Shown here: positions 1 to 18,135 of the stretch, in pieces
Layout of the letters: each line of letters begins with the position of its first letter
Numbering within the stretch: position 1 is the stretch's first letter
DNA from: the human T2T-CHM13v2.0 reference genome, Homo sapiens
Direction: 5' to 3' (one strand)
DNA length: 64,000 bases
Assembly (NCBI RefSeq): GCF_009914755.1
Contig: NC_060941.1
The notes under the pieces: model-generated
Told to the model about the DNA's origin: nothing
The model's database searches: none
What the model saw: only the letters and a program-made list of their open reading frames with translations
Program-made: the position numbers and the translations under genes

Positions 1-174
1 TCTAAATAAATAAATTTTTAAACATTGAAAAAGTGAGCATAATAATATGAAGTAGCACATCAAGGATCCACAGAGAGACAGGAGAGAAAGAGCCAATAGC
101 ACCACGCAGCAGGAATCAACCTTTTTAAGGGCAGCTGAGTCCCTTTGGCAGGTGGGTTGAAAAAAAAAAAGGCA

Positions 175-4870
<4,696 letters not shown>

Positions 4871-5683
4871 AAGCTATTTTTTCATAAGGATTAAGTGAGT
4901 TCTTAGTCCATAGAAGGCACTCAAAAAAATCATTCCTGTAAAACCGTTCATCTCTTCCTTATTCCTGCCTTATCCCCTCTGTTCATTCCATTTGGCTTGG
5001 AATGTCCTCTCCTTCCTCCCTTTCCATGGTCACCATCCTTTTCATCCTTCAAAGTCCAGTCCAAATACCACCTCCTCTAAGAAGTCTTACCTGATCACCC
5101 TGACCAAAAGTGAGCCATTCTTCTGATGCCCATAGCACTATGTCCCGCTTTGCATTAGTTGTTGGCATGGGTAGCAGTGATAGCAGAGGAGCTCAAGAGG
5201 AGTCTGCTGGGGGTTTCCAGAGAAAGGCTTTCCTTGCTTATCAAAGGCATGCCAAGACCATGAGGGAAGGCACTACCTACTTCAAAAAAATAAAACAAGG
5301 AAGACAGAGGGAGATCCGACAGAGAAGAGGAGGAAATGTGAGCACAGATGCAGAGATTGGAGTGATGTGGCAACAAGCCAAAGAACAACTGGAGTCACTA
5401 GGTGCTGTAAGAGACAAAGAATGGATTCTTCTCTGGTTCCCCTCTAAGGAACTAGCCCTGCCAACACCTTGATTTTATTTATTTATTTAATTTTGTTTAA
5501 GACAGAGTCTCACTTTATTGCCCAGGCTGGAGTGCAGTGGTGTGACTGATCTCTGCCCACTGCAACCTCTGCCTCCCGGCTTCAAGCGATTCTTGTACCT
5601 TAGCTTCCCGAGGAGCTGAGATTACAGGTGTGTGCCACCATGCCCAGCTAATTTTTATATTTTTAATAGAGATGGAGCATTGC

Positions 5684-6146
5684 TGTAGCAGAACAAGCCA
5701 CAAACAAAACCCCTCAGACACTGAGTTAAAGAAGGAAGGGCTTTATTCGGCCAGGAGCTTCAGCAAGAGTCATGTCTCCAATGACCGAGCTCTCCAAGTG
5801 AGCAATTCCTGTCCCTTTTAAGGGCTCACAACTCTAAGTGGGTCCACATGAGAGGGTCGTGATTGATTGAGCAAGCAGGGGGTATGTGACTGGGTGCTGC
5901 ATGCACTGGTAATTAGAACAGAACAGAACAGGACAGGGATTTTCACAGTGCTTTTCTACATAATGTCTGTAATCTATAGATAACATAACCAATTAAGTCA
6001 GGGGTCAATCTTTAACTACCAGGCCCAGGGTGTGGTGCCAGGCTGTCTGCTTGTGGATTTCATTTCTGCCTTTTAGTTTTTACTTCTTCTTTCTTTGGAG
6101 GCAGAAATTGGGCATAAGACAATATGAGGGGTGGTCTCCTCCCTTA
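5684..6146 (-). mobile_element. 3' LTR (LTR2-like)
   Basis: Minus strand starts TAAGGGAGGAGACCACCCCTCATATTGTC and ends ...CA, with AATAAA at 5742-5747(-). About 92% identical to 13004-13465 by hand alignment. Confidence 0.92.
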
Positions 6147-6160
6147 TTCCCCCCCTTTGA
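6147..6160 (-). other. Retroviral polypurine tract
   Basis: TCAAAGGGGGGGAA immediately precedes the 3' LTR on the minus strand. Confidence 0.85.
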
Positions 6161-6169
6161 TAATCTCAC

Positions 6170-8252
6170 TCAATAGTGGGAGTTCTCACTTTCATTTTTA
6201 TTACCTATGTCTTCTTGCAAGACAGATCGATAGTGATTCATATAGTACACTTGTGCTGAAGCATTTTGGTGAACTAAGGTAGTGATGAAGCTTTTTATCA
6301 TTTGAAGAAGTACAGGTAGCAAACAAGGGAGCAGCAAGTAGGTTTCTATTACTATTATAACTCTTATTACAAGAGTTTTAAATCTTCTTAATGCTGGGAA
6401 CCATTTTCCAAACATGGCGTCAGGATCAAATCCATGCCACACTTGCACAGGCACATGTGCCAGTTTTGTCATATTTCTAACTATGTCTTCAACTACTTGC
6501 CCTTGATCATCTATGTGTAGACAGCAATTAGTAGGGTTAAATTTCCTACAGACCCCTCCTTCAGCTGCTAGCAAGTAGTCGAGAGCTAATCTATTTTGAT
6601 AGATAGCATTTCTCATCTGAGTTTCTTGCCAGGCCAGAATAGTCAAGGCCCTGCCAGTCTTATTAGTGATTATTTCTAAGACAACTTGTAACTGTGTGAT
6701 TCGGTTGAGCACGTAAATGGGAGTCGGGTATCCCCACGAGCTGTCTTGTGCCTAAGTACCAGGCCTATAATATTGTATGATTCTCTCAGGGGGCCATTTA
6801 TCATCTTTTTAATTTTCTAGTTATGCTTCTATTTTTGCGGGAAGCACAGACAGGGAAGCCCAGGAGTTCGCCTGTCTTTATGGGCAGTAGGAAGAAAGAT
6901 GGTTTAATAGTGCCAGGAACACAACTATCTGCCCACTGGTCGGGTAATTTGGTATAAGCTCTATGCCCACATATCCAGTATAGTCCAGTGGGGGCTGTCC
7001 AGTCCCAGTGGGACTCCGGGTGGGTTCACACAGTTTGCAACTTCGGGAATTTACTAAATGGATTTTTCTTAGTGTGGTTTGAACTCCACTAGGTGGCTGT
7101 TTTTGTAGTATTATTATACAGTTTTTGCCCAAGGCAGCAGAGTCTTCCCACAGGAAGGGTGAAGTCCTTCCTTACTCTTGCTATACAGTATTGTCTAATG
7201 ATTGAGGCTTTTAGGACCTAGAAGTTATCAGGGTGATTATTTTGAGCCAGGAATTCATCAGGAACTGGGTCTGTAGGTACTAATTCTCAGGCTTCCTATG
7301 GCCATTGATCTCCCATTACAGTTCCTCTACATATCTACATACATAACATGAAGTGACATTGAGAGACTGGGCTAAATGCTCAGCTAATTGCAAAAACAAA
7401 TTTCTTGTTTTTCCTGGAATTTCTGGTACTGGCACAGTCAGTTTATCACAGAAGGTTTGAAATACTGGCTAAGGAGAGGGTTTATAAATTCCTCAAACCA
7501 CGATATTTACTTGAGGATCCAGTCCAGCCCCATCGATTCCTAGGGTTACACACTTCCCTTTTTCCAGTGAGGATCAAGGGGGTTGGTTATTACCAATTCT
7601 AAGGTGTTACACTGACCACTGGCACAGGAAGGGCCAGTTTTCCCTTTCTGAAGGTGGACAGGATCCTTTTTATTTTTTATCCAAGTAGCCTAAATGACAC
7701 AAGAACAGTATCCACATTATTTCCACATGGTCCTAATTCATGACAAATGTACTTATTTTCTTCTATACAGCCTCTTCCTTAATTAAGAGAATCACATCCT
7801 ATTTCTAACTTATTACTATTAATGACAGCGCAGGCATCAAACTTTAAGGTGACTTGTTTGGGCACCCCTTTTTCTTTTGTTTTGGCTGACACCTTACTCG
7901 TATCATTTATGAGCCTTCACCAGTCCTCAGTCCTTAATCTTATTTCAAAAACTGTGGTCATGGGAGGCTCAGATGGGTCATAACACACACGAGGTTGCTC
8001 ATTTCCTGGGCTACATACCTTGCATAGAATAGCATTATACAAACATAGCATTATACAAACAAGTTTTTTTTTTAGAGTCCCAGTACACTTATAATAATCA
8101 TAAAATAATAAGACTATAGCAACTTTTTGTCCTACCTCAGTGACTTGATGTATGCACTGGGAGCAGTCCCCAGTCTGAGGAAGGTCAGTTAAAGTCCTTA
8201 CTGTACAAGTCCAAATTTTAAGGCAAATGAGTCCCATGATGAGTTTTCTCAT
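6170..8252 (-). pseudogene. Disrupted HERV-E-like env (SU+TM); TM part open for 180 aa at 6170-6712
   Basis: Leader MRKLIMGLICLKIWTCTV, immunosuppressive domain [20 protein letters not shown]6CC motif [10 protein letters not shown] and hydrophobic anchor. Frameshifts and stops separate the fragments. Confidence 0.9.
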
Positions 8253-8382
8253 GCTTCAGCTGTATGTGGACCAGTCAGCTTCCGGGTGTGAGTGGAGCAG
8301 GGCTTGTCGTCTTCTTCAGAGTCACTTTGCAGAGGTTGGCAAAGCTGCTCCCGTCTACGTACCGCTCACAGTCTACTGATGT

Positions 8383-8900
8383 TCAAGGATGGTTTTGGAG
8401 GTTGGGCCTGGTAGAATAAACTGAGTCCAACACCTCTACACAGTTATGTTCAACTGGGCTCTCTGATACCAGCAGCAAGGTGGCGGGGTTTAGGTTGTTG
8501 CAAACTTCAATGGTTATGCGAGGATTTTCACATAGCAAGCTTTGGTACTTGGTTAATCTAGCATTTGTTAACCAATGATGTCCTTTGGTAGTCATTAAAG
8601 TTACCACAGCATGGGTGGCCTGTATATTCAGGTTTTGCCCAAGGGTTAGTTTATCTGCTTCTTGTGCTAACACGGCTGTTGCTGCCAGGGCGCTTAAACA
8701 TGGGGGCCAGCCTTTGGAAACCCCTTCTAGTTGTTTTGAGAAATAGGCCATTGGCCTTGGCCAGGGCCCCACAGCCTAGGTTAAAACTCCAACTGCCATT
8801 TTTTCTCTTTTTGACACATAGGGTGTAAAGGGTTTGTCAGGTCAGGTAGACCCCAGGCTGGGGCCGACATGAGTTTTTCTTTTAACTCATGAAAAGCTCG
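8383..8900 (-). pseudogene. Gammaretroviral pol fragment (RT connection/tether region)
   Basis: [40 protein letters not shown]...[15 protein letters not shown]. No RT YxDD core or integrase seen. Confidence 0.85.
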
Positions 8901-9700
8901 TTGCTGTTGGTTGTAATAGATGTAATTTATCCAATTTATATTTTTATTAACTGTCACCTACCAAAATATTGACTCAAATCCTGCAGCTATTTGATTTCAA
9001 GATTTAAATTGATCTGGTATTCTCCATAGGACTCCAGTTGTGTCTAAATCGACATGAGAGTCAAAAGACCCATAAGGGGCTTCTCTCGCTTTATGATGCC
9101 TTATTTTTTCTCCTTCTAGTTGATGAAATGCCAGGGTGAAAAGGATAGCCAATTGGACTAAAGTACAAGTGCCACTCCAGTTATTCGGCAGAGTGCCCAG
9201 TAAAGGTCCACCACAATACCACCACACATCTGCTCGGGGATGAACAAGGGCTGACTGATTGATAAGCTCTTGAAAATTTTTAAGCTCACTACATCCCTTC
9301 AGGTCTCTAAGGAATGCTAAGTTTCCTCCCTGTCATGAGAAACACGAAGTGAACTTAGTGTTGGGAGATGGAGGCTGGATGGCCCTTGGGGGCTGACCCG
9401 CTGACCGCAGGGTGCCAGATATAGCAGAGAGAGCTTGGCACGACTTATTACTCCAGACTGTAGAATCCTGGAAAAGAGCTACCAGGCAGCCCATGCCTGG
9501 TCGACTGGAGGACCACCTTAGCGGAAAGGGAACAATCTGGGCCTCTGGCCTGCCATGTGCACAAGCATAACAATTGCTTTTGTTTAACGTGTGGATGGAA
9601 AATTTGATCCATTCCAATGAGGCATTTGCATCCTGGTATGCTGTCTTAATTGCCAAAGTTTGTTTTAAGTCTTTAACTTCTATGATCCTCTAGTAAAATG
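8900..9700 (-). pseudogene. Second, unrelated env SU fragment (HERV-I/IP10-like) lying upstream of the pol fragment
   Basis: NASLEWIKFSIHTLNKSNCYACAHGRPEAQIVPFPL and WWYCGGPLLGTLPNNWSGTCTLVQL, with CxxC. Family name is from recall. Confidence 0.65.
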
Positions 9701-12157
9701 AGTGTATGATTTTGGGAAATTACACAAACCGGTTGGGGCAGTCCATCCTTGCTCTTTAGTGGTCCACAGAATGTTGGACCAACTACGGCATAAAAGCTCT
9801 ACGTTGGGGAGCAAGACTCCTGGTTGACACTGGAGTCTTTATCGAAATTTCCCCAGATTAAATGGTCCTAATTTACTAATGCCCAGTCTGAGGGGAGTCA
9901 GGAGGGACAGAGGTACTTTTCTGAAGTAGAGAGCTGTCTTTGACTTGGCAAGTCCCCACAGGGTATAACAAGGCAAACATTAAATGCAATAGTTTGAGGC
10001 TAAATCGACTTGGTTATGTTAATAACCAGATGGTCAGCAATAGAGCAAGAAAAGAAGAAAGAGTAATAGAATAGATGAATGAGTTAAATTTTTCTTAGCT
10101 TTAGTTTGGTAGGGTTTTCCCCTGGGACAGTGGCCCACGACTCTGGAGGGGGTGGCGCTTTGACTCGGGTGTGATGAGTCCATCCCTTTTTCGCTGTATG
10201 AACAGCAGTCTCAGAGGTTAACAGCACAAGGTAGGGTCCTTCCTAGGCTAGCCTGAGTTTTTCTTCTTTCCACCCTTTGATAAGAAAGTGATCTTCAGGC
10301 TGGTGCTGGTTTACTGGAAATTCTAGGGGTGGTACCTGTGCTAAAAGACTTTTAGTTTTGAGGGAAAGGAAAGTGGAAGATAAACCAAGTATATAATTTC
10401 TAAGAAATTGACTTTTTGTTGTAAATGTGGGGACATCAACAGTGGACTTTATAGTCTTTGGTGACTTCTTACTGAGAAATTTCCTTTAGCACCTATTTGT
10501 ATTAGTTTTTAGACCAAAGAAAGCCAAACACCATTTTATATTTAATAATGCTTCTTGTATGATTTTTATACTAGATAAACTAAATTTCACCTTTATATTA
10601 GTGTGCTATTAATGTTAAATTTAGTTTTAATAAAACTTTGTATACATATTTATTCAATTTTTAATGTCGGACCATAAGGTAAGATTTTTATAGACTCTTT
10701 TTAACCTTTTATAATTTTTGTTAAAGAGCAGGTTAGTGCTTTAAGAAAAACCAGTTGTGTTTTTACTTTAATGTCCAGTTCACAGAAAAACTGAATGATA
10801 CCCCTTTAACTTTAGCTAATATGCTTACACACAGGATTTTCTTTACAATTAACGTTTTAAAACTTGCTTAAACCTTCAAAACAAAATTTTTTTAACCTTT
10901 TAATGTAGGTAAAAATTTACATTCTTATGCCTCCTTATAATCCTTTTACCAAAGGTATATTTTACTTTCCTTATACACCTTGCACATAAACTTTTTTTTT
11001 CAATAGTTTTACATTCAGAAGGCCTAGTTACCTTTAAATTATACAACATTTCTTGCATAATTTTTTTAACATTTTTTTCTTTCACGACTTTTGCAGACAA
11101 TTCTTTGACATGTCTTAACTTTCTGACTTATTACAAACATTTTTTTAAAAACAATCAGTTAATTTATTTCAGGACAAGAGTTTACCATATAACACTCTTT
11201 TTACATAAATTCTGCCCCCTCTTTTTTTCCCTTTTTTTTTCGAAGATGATAATCATTCTTTTCCAAAGCGAACTTCTTTTATGTCTGTGGACTAGACTAA
11301 GGCCACAAGATTAGAAGTTACTATAATACATATTACACTGTTAACTTTTAGCAAACTTTACTTTTGTTGAAAACCTTGTAAGTTTGGGATTTTAATTATC
11401 CTTTGCTATTAATAAGACCTTGTTTTGTCCAAATTAACTTAGAATTGGTATAGATGGCTTTTTTTTTTTCCTTCAATTACCTGGGAGGAAACATCCATCA
11501 TCCTGTCCTGAAGGGAGTTCCTCCTAGGTCTGGTTGGACCTTTGTATGGTAATTAAGATTTAGATCCCCTGTTAGGAAACCTGCTGGGTTAAGGGAATTT
11601 TCAGTGGTTAATGTTAAATCATCCTTTTTTTTTTTTTTTTTTTTCCTTAGGATACTTCTGAACTGGTGAGGTGTGCTCACAAGGAGGTTTCCTCTAAAAG
11701 TTATTTTTTTTACTTTTTTCTGTTAGCAAAGCAGTTACCGCTACAGATTGAATGCATTTGGGCCATCCGCGGGTTACTGGGTTAAGGATTTTTGATAGGA
11801 AGGCCTCAGTGCTTTCAGGATACACCCTTGTTTACACTGACAGCGAAGTGGTATTGGAGTGTTACAGGGTTACAGAGAATACCTTCAATTATCAATTATA
11901 GGTTTTAAATTTACCTTGGCTTTTAAAGGACTAGGGTACACTGTTTTTTTTCTTAACTGCTTGTATATCTCTTTCTTTCTCTCTTTGATTTTCTATCTCT
12001 TTTTCTCTTTGACTTTTCTTTTGCGTCTCTTTCTCTCTGCCTCTCTCTTTCTATCTCTCTCTCTCCTTCCTTGACTCCCTCTTTGTCTCTCTCTCTTCCT
12101 CTTTCTCTCTCTGCTGGTCTTTCCTTGCCTCTGCCAGCTGCTTATGCTGCTGTTCTT

Positions 12158-12450
12158 TCAACCACTGTGGGGAGGTGGGGGTTCTAAAACCAGCTGTAAC
12201 CAAGTGTCTATGTATGGGAACTGGTCTGGGTGCCCTGGCTGACAGGTTACCTTGTGCCATACCTTTGAAACAAGGGACCTGTCCAGGCTTCCTTCTGATG
12301 GCCAACCCACCTCTAATGCTGGCCAGACTATCTTCCACAAAGTTTTAAGTTTTCATGGTGTCATAGTACTCCATAGTCTCCCTTAAATCCTTTCTTGAAA
12401 ATTTTCAACATAGTTCCTAGTGGGGTGGGCTTACTTTGTGCCTGACCCAT
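12158..12450 (-). pseudogene. gag matrix (MA) remnant
   Basis: ATG at 12450 gives MGQAQSKPTPLGTMLKIFKKGFKGDYGV with an MGxxxS myristoylation motif. After a frameshift it continues WPALEVGWPSEGSLD...GHPDQFPYIDTWL. Confidence 0.85.
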
Positions 12451-12980
12451 GCTTCTTCAAGACAAAACACCATACTCACACCAAACGCACACCACAAAAC
12501 AAAGAACAGGTAAAAAGGACACCCACACACTTTTACAGTTTACACCAAACCAGAATCAAAAACAAAATCAGAGTATCAAGAAATCCAAGCCAGGTCAAAA
12601 CCAAAACCAAACCAACGTACCAAGCAATCCAAGTCAAGTCAAAAACAAAAACCAAAGTGCCGGTACAGGCACACTGTGGGTGATCAGGCCACGCTTCCAC
12701 TCAAATGGAGTGGGCAAGTTCCAAAGACTAGTCTTACCAAGTTTCAGATGTCTGGACTCCAAGTGCCAGTTCCTTCCTGGTGTTCAGCCACTGCGTTGAT
12801 CCTCCATGGGGGCCTGCCACATGCTGCTCTGGCAAGGCGTTCCACCGGGGCAATTGCTTACCTGGGATCGCTCTCAGGATCCGCATCGCTCAAGCTGGCT
12901 GGAGTCCCCCGCAGGGATGCTCCACAGGGCAGGCCTAAGCCACCTAAGGGGCTGCCTCAACCATCCATTCATCACCATGC

Positions 12981-12998
12981 TTCCCGGTCAGGGAACCA
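12981..12998 (-). other. Primer binding site for tRNA-Glu
   Basis: TGGTTCCCTGACCGGGAA, complementary to the 18-nt 3' end of tRNA-Glu(CTC), 5 nt from the LTR. Confidence 0.92.
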
Positions 12999-13003
12999 AG
13001 AAA

Positions 13004-13465
13004 TGAAGCGTGACAAGCTGCAGACAAAACCCCTCAGACACTGAGTTAAAGAAGGAAGGGCTTTATTCGGCTGGGAGCTTCGGCAAGACTCACGTCTCCA
13101 ACAACCGAGCTCTCCAAGTGAGCAATTCCTGTCCCTTTTAAGGGCTCACAACTCTAAGGAGGTCCACGTGAGAGGGTCATGATCGATTGAGCAAGCAGGG
13201 GGTACGTGACTGGGGGCTGCATGTACCAGTAATTAGAACGGAACAGAACAGGACAGGGATTTTCACAGTGCTTTTCTATACAATGTCTGTAATCTATAGA
13301 TAATATGACCAATTAGGTCAGGGGTCGATCTTTAACTACCAGGCCCAGGTGTGGCGCTGGGCTGTCTGCTTGTGGATTTCATTTTTGCCTTTTAGTTTTT
13401 ATTTCTTCTTTCTTTGGAGGCAGAAATTGGGCATAAGACAATATGAGGGGTGGTCTCCTCCCTTA
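13004..13465 (-). mobile_element. 5' LTR (LTR2-like), promoter pointing leftwards, away from ACSF2
   Basis: Adjacent to the PBS. TATA-like TATAGAAAAG at 13271-13280(-) and AATAAA at 13062-13067(-). Confidence 0.92.
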
Positions 13466-13699
13466 TCGCCATGTTGACCAAGCTGGTCTCAAACTCCTGA
13501 CCTTGGCCTCCCAAATTGCTGGGATTACAGGCATGAGCCACCGCGCCCAGCCCAACACTTTAATTTTAATTGCGTAAGACTCTCTTCAGACTTCTGGCCT
13601 CCAGAACTGTAAGACAATAAATTTCTGGGGTTTTAAGCCACTACATGTGTGCAATTTGTTCCAGCAGCAATAGGAAACTGACGCACTGCTTCTTTCTCA

Positions 13700-13925
13700 G
13701 GACTAGATGCAAACCTCCAGGAGGCCTTCTGCAACACACCTTGGGTAGGTGCCTCTCCCCTAGCCTTGCTCACACAGCACTGGCCGCACTGCAGGCCATT
13801 GTCAGTCTCAGGGTTGGTGTTTTCTCCTAGACAGTGAGCTCATTGAGAGCAGACACCATGTCTCATTCATATCATGCTTGTCAGCAAGTAGTTACTCAAT
13901 GAATGAATGCTGAACCAATGAATAA
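13700..13925 (+). mobile_element. L2 3'-end fragment
   Basis: tagacagtgagctcattgagagcag...aagtagttactcaatgaatgaatg. Confidence 0.6.
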
Positions 13926-14215
13926 AAAAAGAAAGTTAAATTAGATTTGGTTTAACACTGGGTCTTTATCCAAGACTTCACAGTTGACTTTAGTTCTTGA
14001 CTTTGACCCAAGAAAAGTAAAATATTACACCATCCAAATAAAGATTTTTGTCCTATCCTCTTACAAAAGCAAGGCTTTCACAGTTTTTTTGGCAGTTGCT
14101 GGGATTATGGCTTAGTTTTCAATTTGGGGATGTAAGCAAGAAAATACTGATCATTTAAAAACATGTCTGCCTGTGCCTGCAGCAATTGTTAGTCGTGATC
14201 GAGATAATTTTACTC

Positions 14216-15495
<1,280 letters not shown>

Positions 15496-15569
15496 AAAAA
15501 GAGCTTTTTTAACAAAAGCCTGTTCTCTGCCCTCACTCTTCCTCCCACTGCTATGCCCCAAAGAAAAGC

Positions 15570-16480
15570 TTTTTTAAAAGTTGTGGAAAAATAGACATAA
15601 ATAAAATATATCATTTTAGCCATTTTTAAGGTTATGGTTCAGTGGCATTAAGTATATTCACATTGGTATACAACCATTACCACCATTCATCTCCAAAAAC
15701 CTTTCACCTTCCTAAACTGAAACTCTATACCCATTAAACAAATAATAACTCCCCATTCCCCCACCACACCCCCAACCCCTGGCAACCACCATTCCACTTT
15801 GTCTCTAAGAATTTGACTACTCTAGGTGTCGCATATGAATGGAATCATACAGTATTTATTCTTTTGTGTTTGGCTTATTTCACTTAGCACAATGTGTTCA
15901 AAGTTCATGTGGACTGTAGCATGTGTGGGAATTTCCTTCCTTTTTTGAAAGCTGAATAGTATTCCATTGTATGGATCTACTGCATTTGTTTATCCATTCA
16001 ATCATTGATGAATATTTGGGTTGTGTCTGTCTTTTGGCTATTGGGAACAATTCTGTTGTGAACATTGGTACACAAATGTTTGTTGGAGTCCCGACTTTCA
16101 ATTATTTTGGGTATATACCCAGAAGTAGAATTGCTGGATCATATAACTCATTTTTAATTTTTTGAGGAAGCACCATACCATCCACTGTGGTGGCCCCATT
16201 TTACATTCCCACCACCCAATGCACACGTGTCCAGTCTCTCCACAACCCCACCAATACTTGTTATTTTCTGGTTTTTTGCGGGTGTTCTTTTTTTTTTTTT
16301 GAGACAGGGTCTTGCTCTGTCACCCAGGCAGGAGTGCAGTGGTGTGATCTCAGCTCACCGCAGCCTCAAACTCTTGGGGTCAATATATACATACATACAT
16401 ACATATATATATTTATTTGGTGAAATATCTATTTAAGTCCAAAGAGAATCATTTGAACTATTGTAACGATTTCTGATTTA
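15570..16480 (-). mobile_element. L1M 3'-region fragment with a partial Alu
   Basis: ggcttatttcacttagcacaatg...gtatatacccagaagtagaattgctggatc, L1MA/MB-type motifs. Confidence 0.85.
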
Positions 16481-18122
16481 TCTTCTTCTGCTACTTGCCT
16501 CTAAATGACATACTTATTTTGCCAGTTTTAGATTTTCTGTTTGATAAATGGGTACTTGCACCCCATCTCTCCTCCCTAAGTGCTGGTACTATAGTTTTAT
16601 TATTATTTTTGTACATAATGACATACCCTTTTTTTTTATTTTATACTCTCCCCCACCCCTTCCCTCTCAACTACTATCAGATGTAACTTCCAAAGTTAGT
16701 GATACTTACATTTACATTCTATTCTGTAACTGTGACTAGGTCTTCTGTAGGTTGATGTTATGAAAGAAAAAAAATCAATAAATGGTGTTTACATTTTGAG
16801 CCTGCTTTTGAAGCACAGAAGCAAGACATGGGCAAAGGGGCGGGAATAAGGGCTTTCTCATGGTAGCCAATGGCATGAGCCAAATTACAGGGACCATAAA
16901 TCATGCAAGTCACATGCAGCATAAAGGAGATGTGATGGCTCAGGCAGAAGGCCCCTTGGGGAGCAACGGGGAATTTAATTGGTTAAAGGGAAGGGAAGGG
17001 AAGCTGGAGAGCCTGGATGGCCCACTGCCCTGCTCCCCACTTCCTTATACTAGCCAAAGAATGCGGGTCAACGTGATTCCCCCACCATGACTCACGGACT
17101 TCCACCAGCCGTCTTGACTTTCTCCCAGCCCTCCTCCCCATCCACAGAACCAGTGCCTACCAGGGCTTTGCACAAATAAAACAATTCTCCCTCCTAAAAA
17201 AGGTTTGCAATTCCTACACAGAGGAAGGTCTTAGAGTGAAGACACAAGAGGAAGGAGAGGATGGAAAAAGAAACAATCACTGAAAACTGGCCAACTACCA
17301 GTTCTGTGCCACCTACTCAATTCTTACCCAGCCCTCTGCGTGAAGTTGGTATTATTATCCCCATTTGACAGATAACGAGGCTGGAGAGGCCCCGTGACTT
17401 GCCCAAAGCCACAAAGAGACTACTGGCAGAGCTTTGGCCTATGTTTAAGAAGCTGAACCTCTTTGGGATTCAGTTTCTTCATCCATAAAAACAAAGACAC
17501 ATTCCAAGCCATGCCTGTTCCTTGCAGGGTGTTTGTGAGGGTCAGAGAAAATGTCCTTGAAGAGCCTGGCATGTACAAGATACCCTGAAACTGATGGCTA
17601 TGATGCCACGGCCTGTGCACCTAGGAAGAGTCAGGAAAGCCCAGTGTCTTGAAAAGCCGAGGCTGGAGCAAAGTTCAAGGAGGAACTCACTTCTCTCCCA
17701 CTCTAGGACTGACCCTCAAACTAGCCAGAAGAGTGGAAGGACCTACAAGATCAGTACCCACCCCACACTTCATAGGCCAAGAGAGGGACAGTGGTTTACC
17801 CAGGGTCACCCAGCATGCTAGAGGCTAAGCCTGCCAGCCACGGCTGGGAACCCAGACTTGTGAATGCCCCAGCCCTCCACATTCCCTGGTCCGCTATCAA
17901 AGACAGTTAGTCTAATTAGGAAAGCACACCCTTGCAGGCCCAGCCTCCGGTGATCTCTTTGTTCCTCTGTCTCTTCCTGCCCCAACCCCACAGAAACTGA
18001 AGTGTGGGGACCCTCCCTAGGAACCGGGGTTCCAGGGAGGATTTGAGGTCACGCTCAAGATCATAAAGAGGCCCAGCATGGACTCCTTCTCATGACCCAA
18101 GTGGAGCCAGAGTTCCCAGATA

Positions 18123-18135
18123 AGGGCAAAGGTCA
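18123..18135 (+). promoter_or_regulatory. DR1 element (PPAR:RXR / HNF4-type), candidate
   Basis: AGGGCA A AGGTCA, about 1.1 kb upstream of the ACSF2 ATG. Confidence 0.5.

Larger units (their letters stand above)
5684..13465 (-). mobile_element. Defective HERV-E/Harlequin-type endogenous retrovirus, about 7.8 kb, with two LTR2-like LTRs
   Basis: Two direct repeats of about 462 bp, tRNA-Glu PBS, polypurine tract, gag/pol/env remnants, and a 4-bp TSD ttgc/tcgc. Confidence 0.93.
5477..13551 (-). mobile_element. Alu split by the provirus (5477-5683 and 13466-13551)
   Basis: Alu sequence breaks at ...gagatggagcattgc and resumes at tcgccatgttgacc. Approximate TSD ccaacaccttgatttt (5461-5476) / ccaacactttaatttt (13552-13567). 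Confidence 0.88.
5300..13685 (+). mobile_element. MLT1-type (ERVL-MaLR) LTR split into about 5300-5476 and 13552-13685 by an Alu plus provirus
   Basis: Left half cagagattggagtgatgtggc...gccctgccaacaccttgatttt. Right half cagacttctggcctccagaactgtaagacaataaattt...agcagcaataggaaactga. Both match recalled MLT1 consensus motifs. Confidence 0.75.

Noticed and set aside
11965-12125. Long CT-rich polypyrimidine tract
   Set aside because: Lies within the proviral gag-adjacent region; triplex potential is generic
12540-12665. Spaced CAAAAC/CAAGTC repeats as a CRISPR-like array
   Set aside because: Irregular low-complexity repeats of the ERV leader with no constant repeat-spacer structure, in eukaryotic DNA
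12981-12998. tRNA-Glu-like sequence as a tRNA gene
   Set aside because: Only the 18-nt 3' end including CCA is present; it is the retroviral PBS
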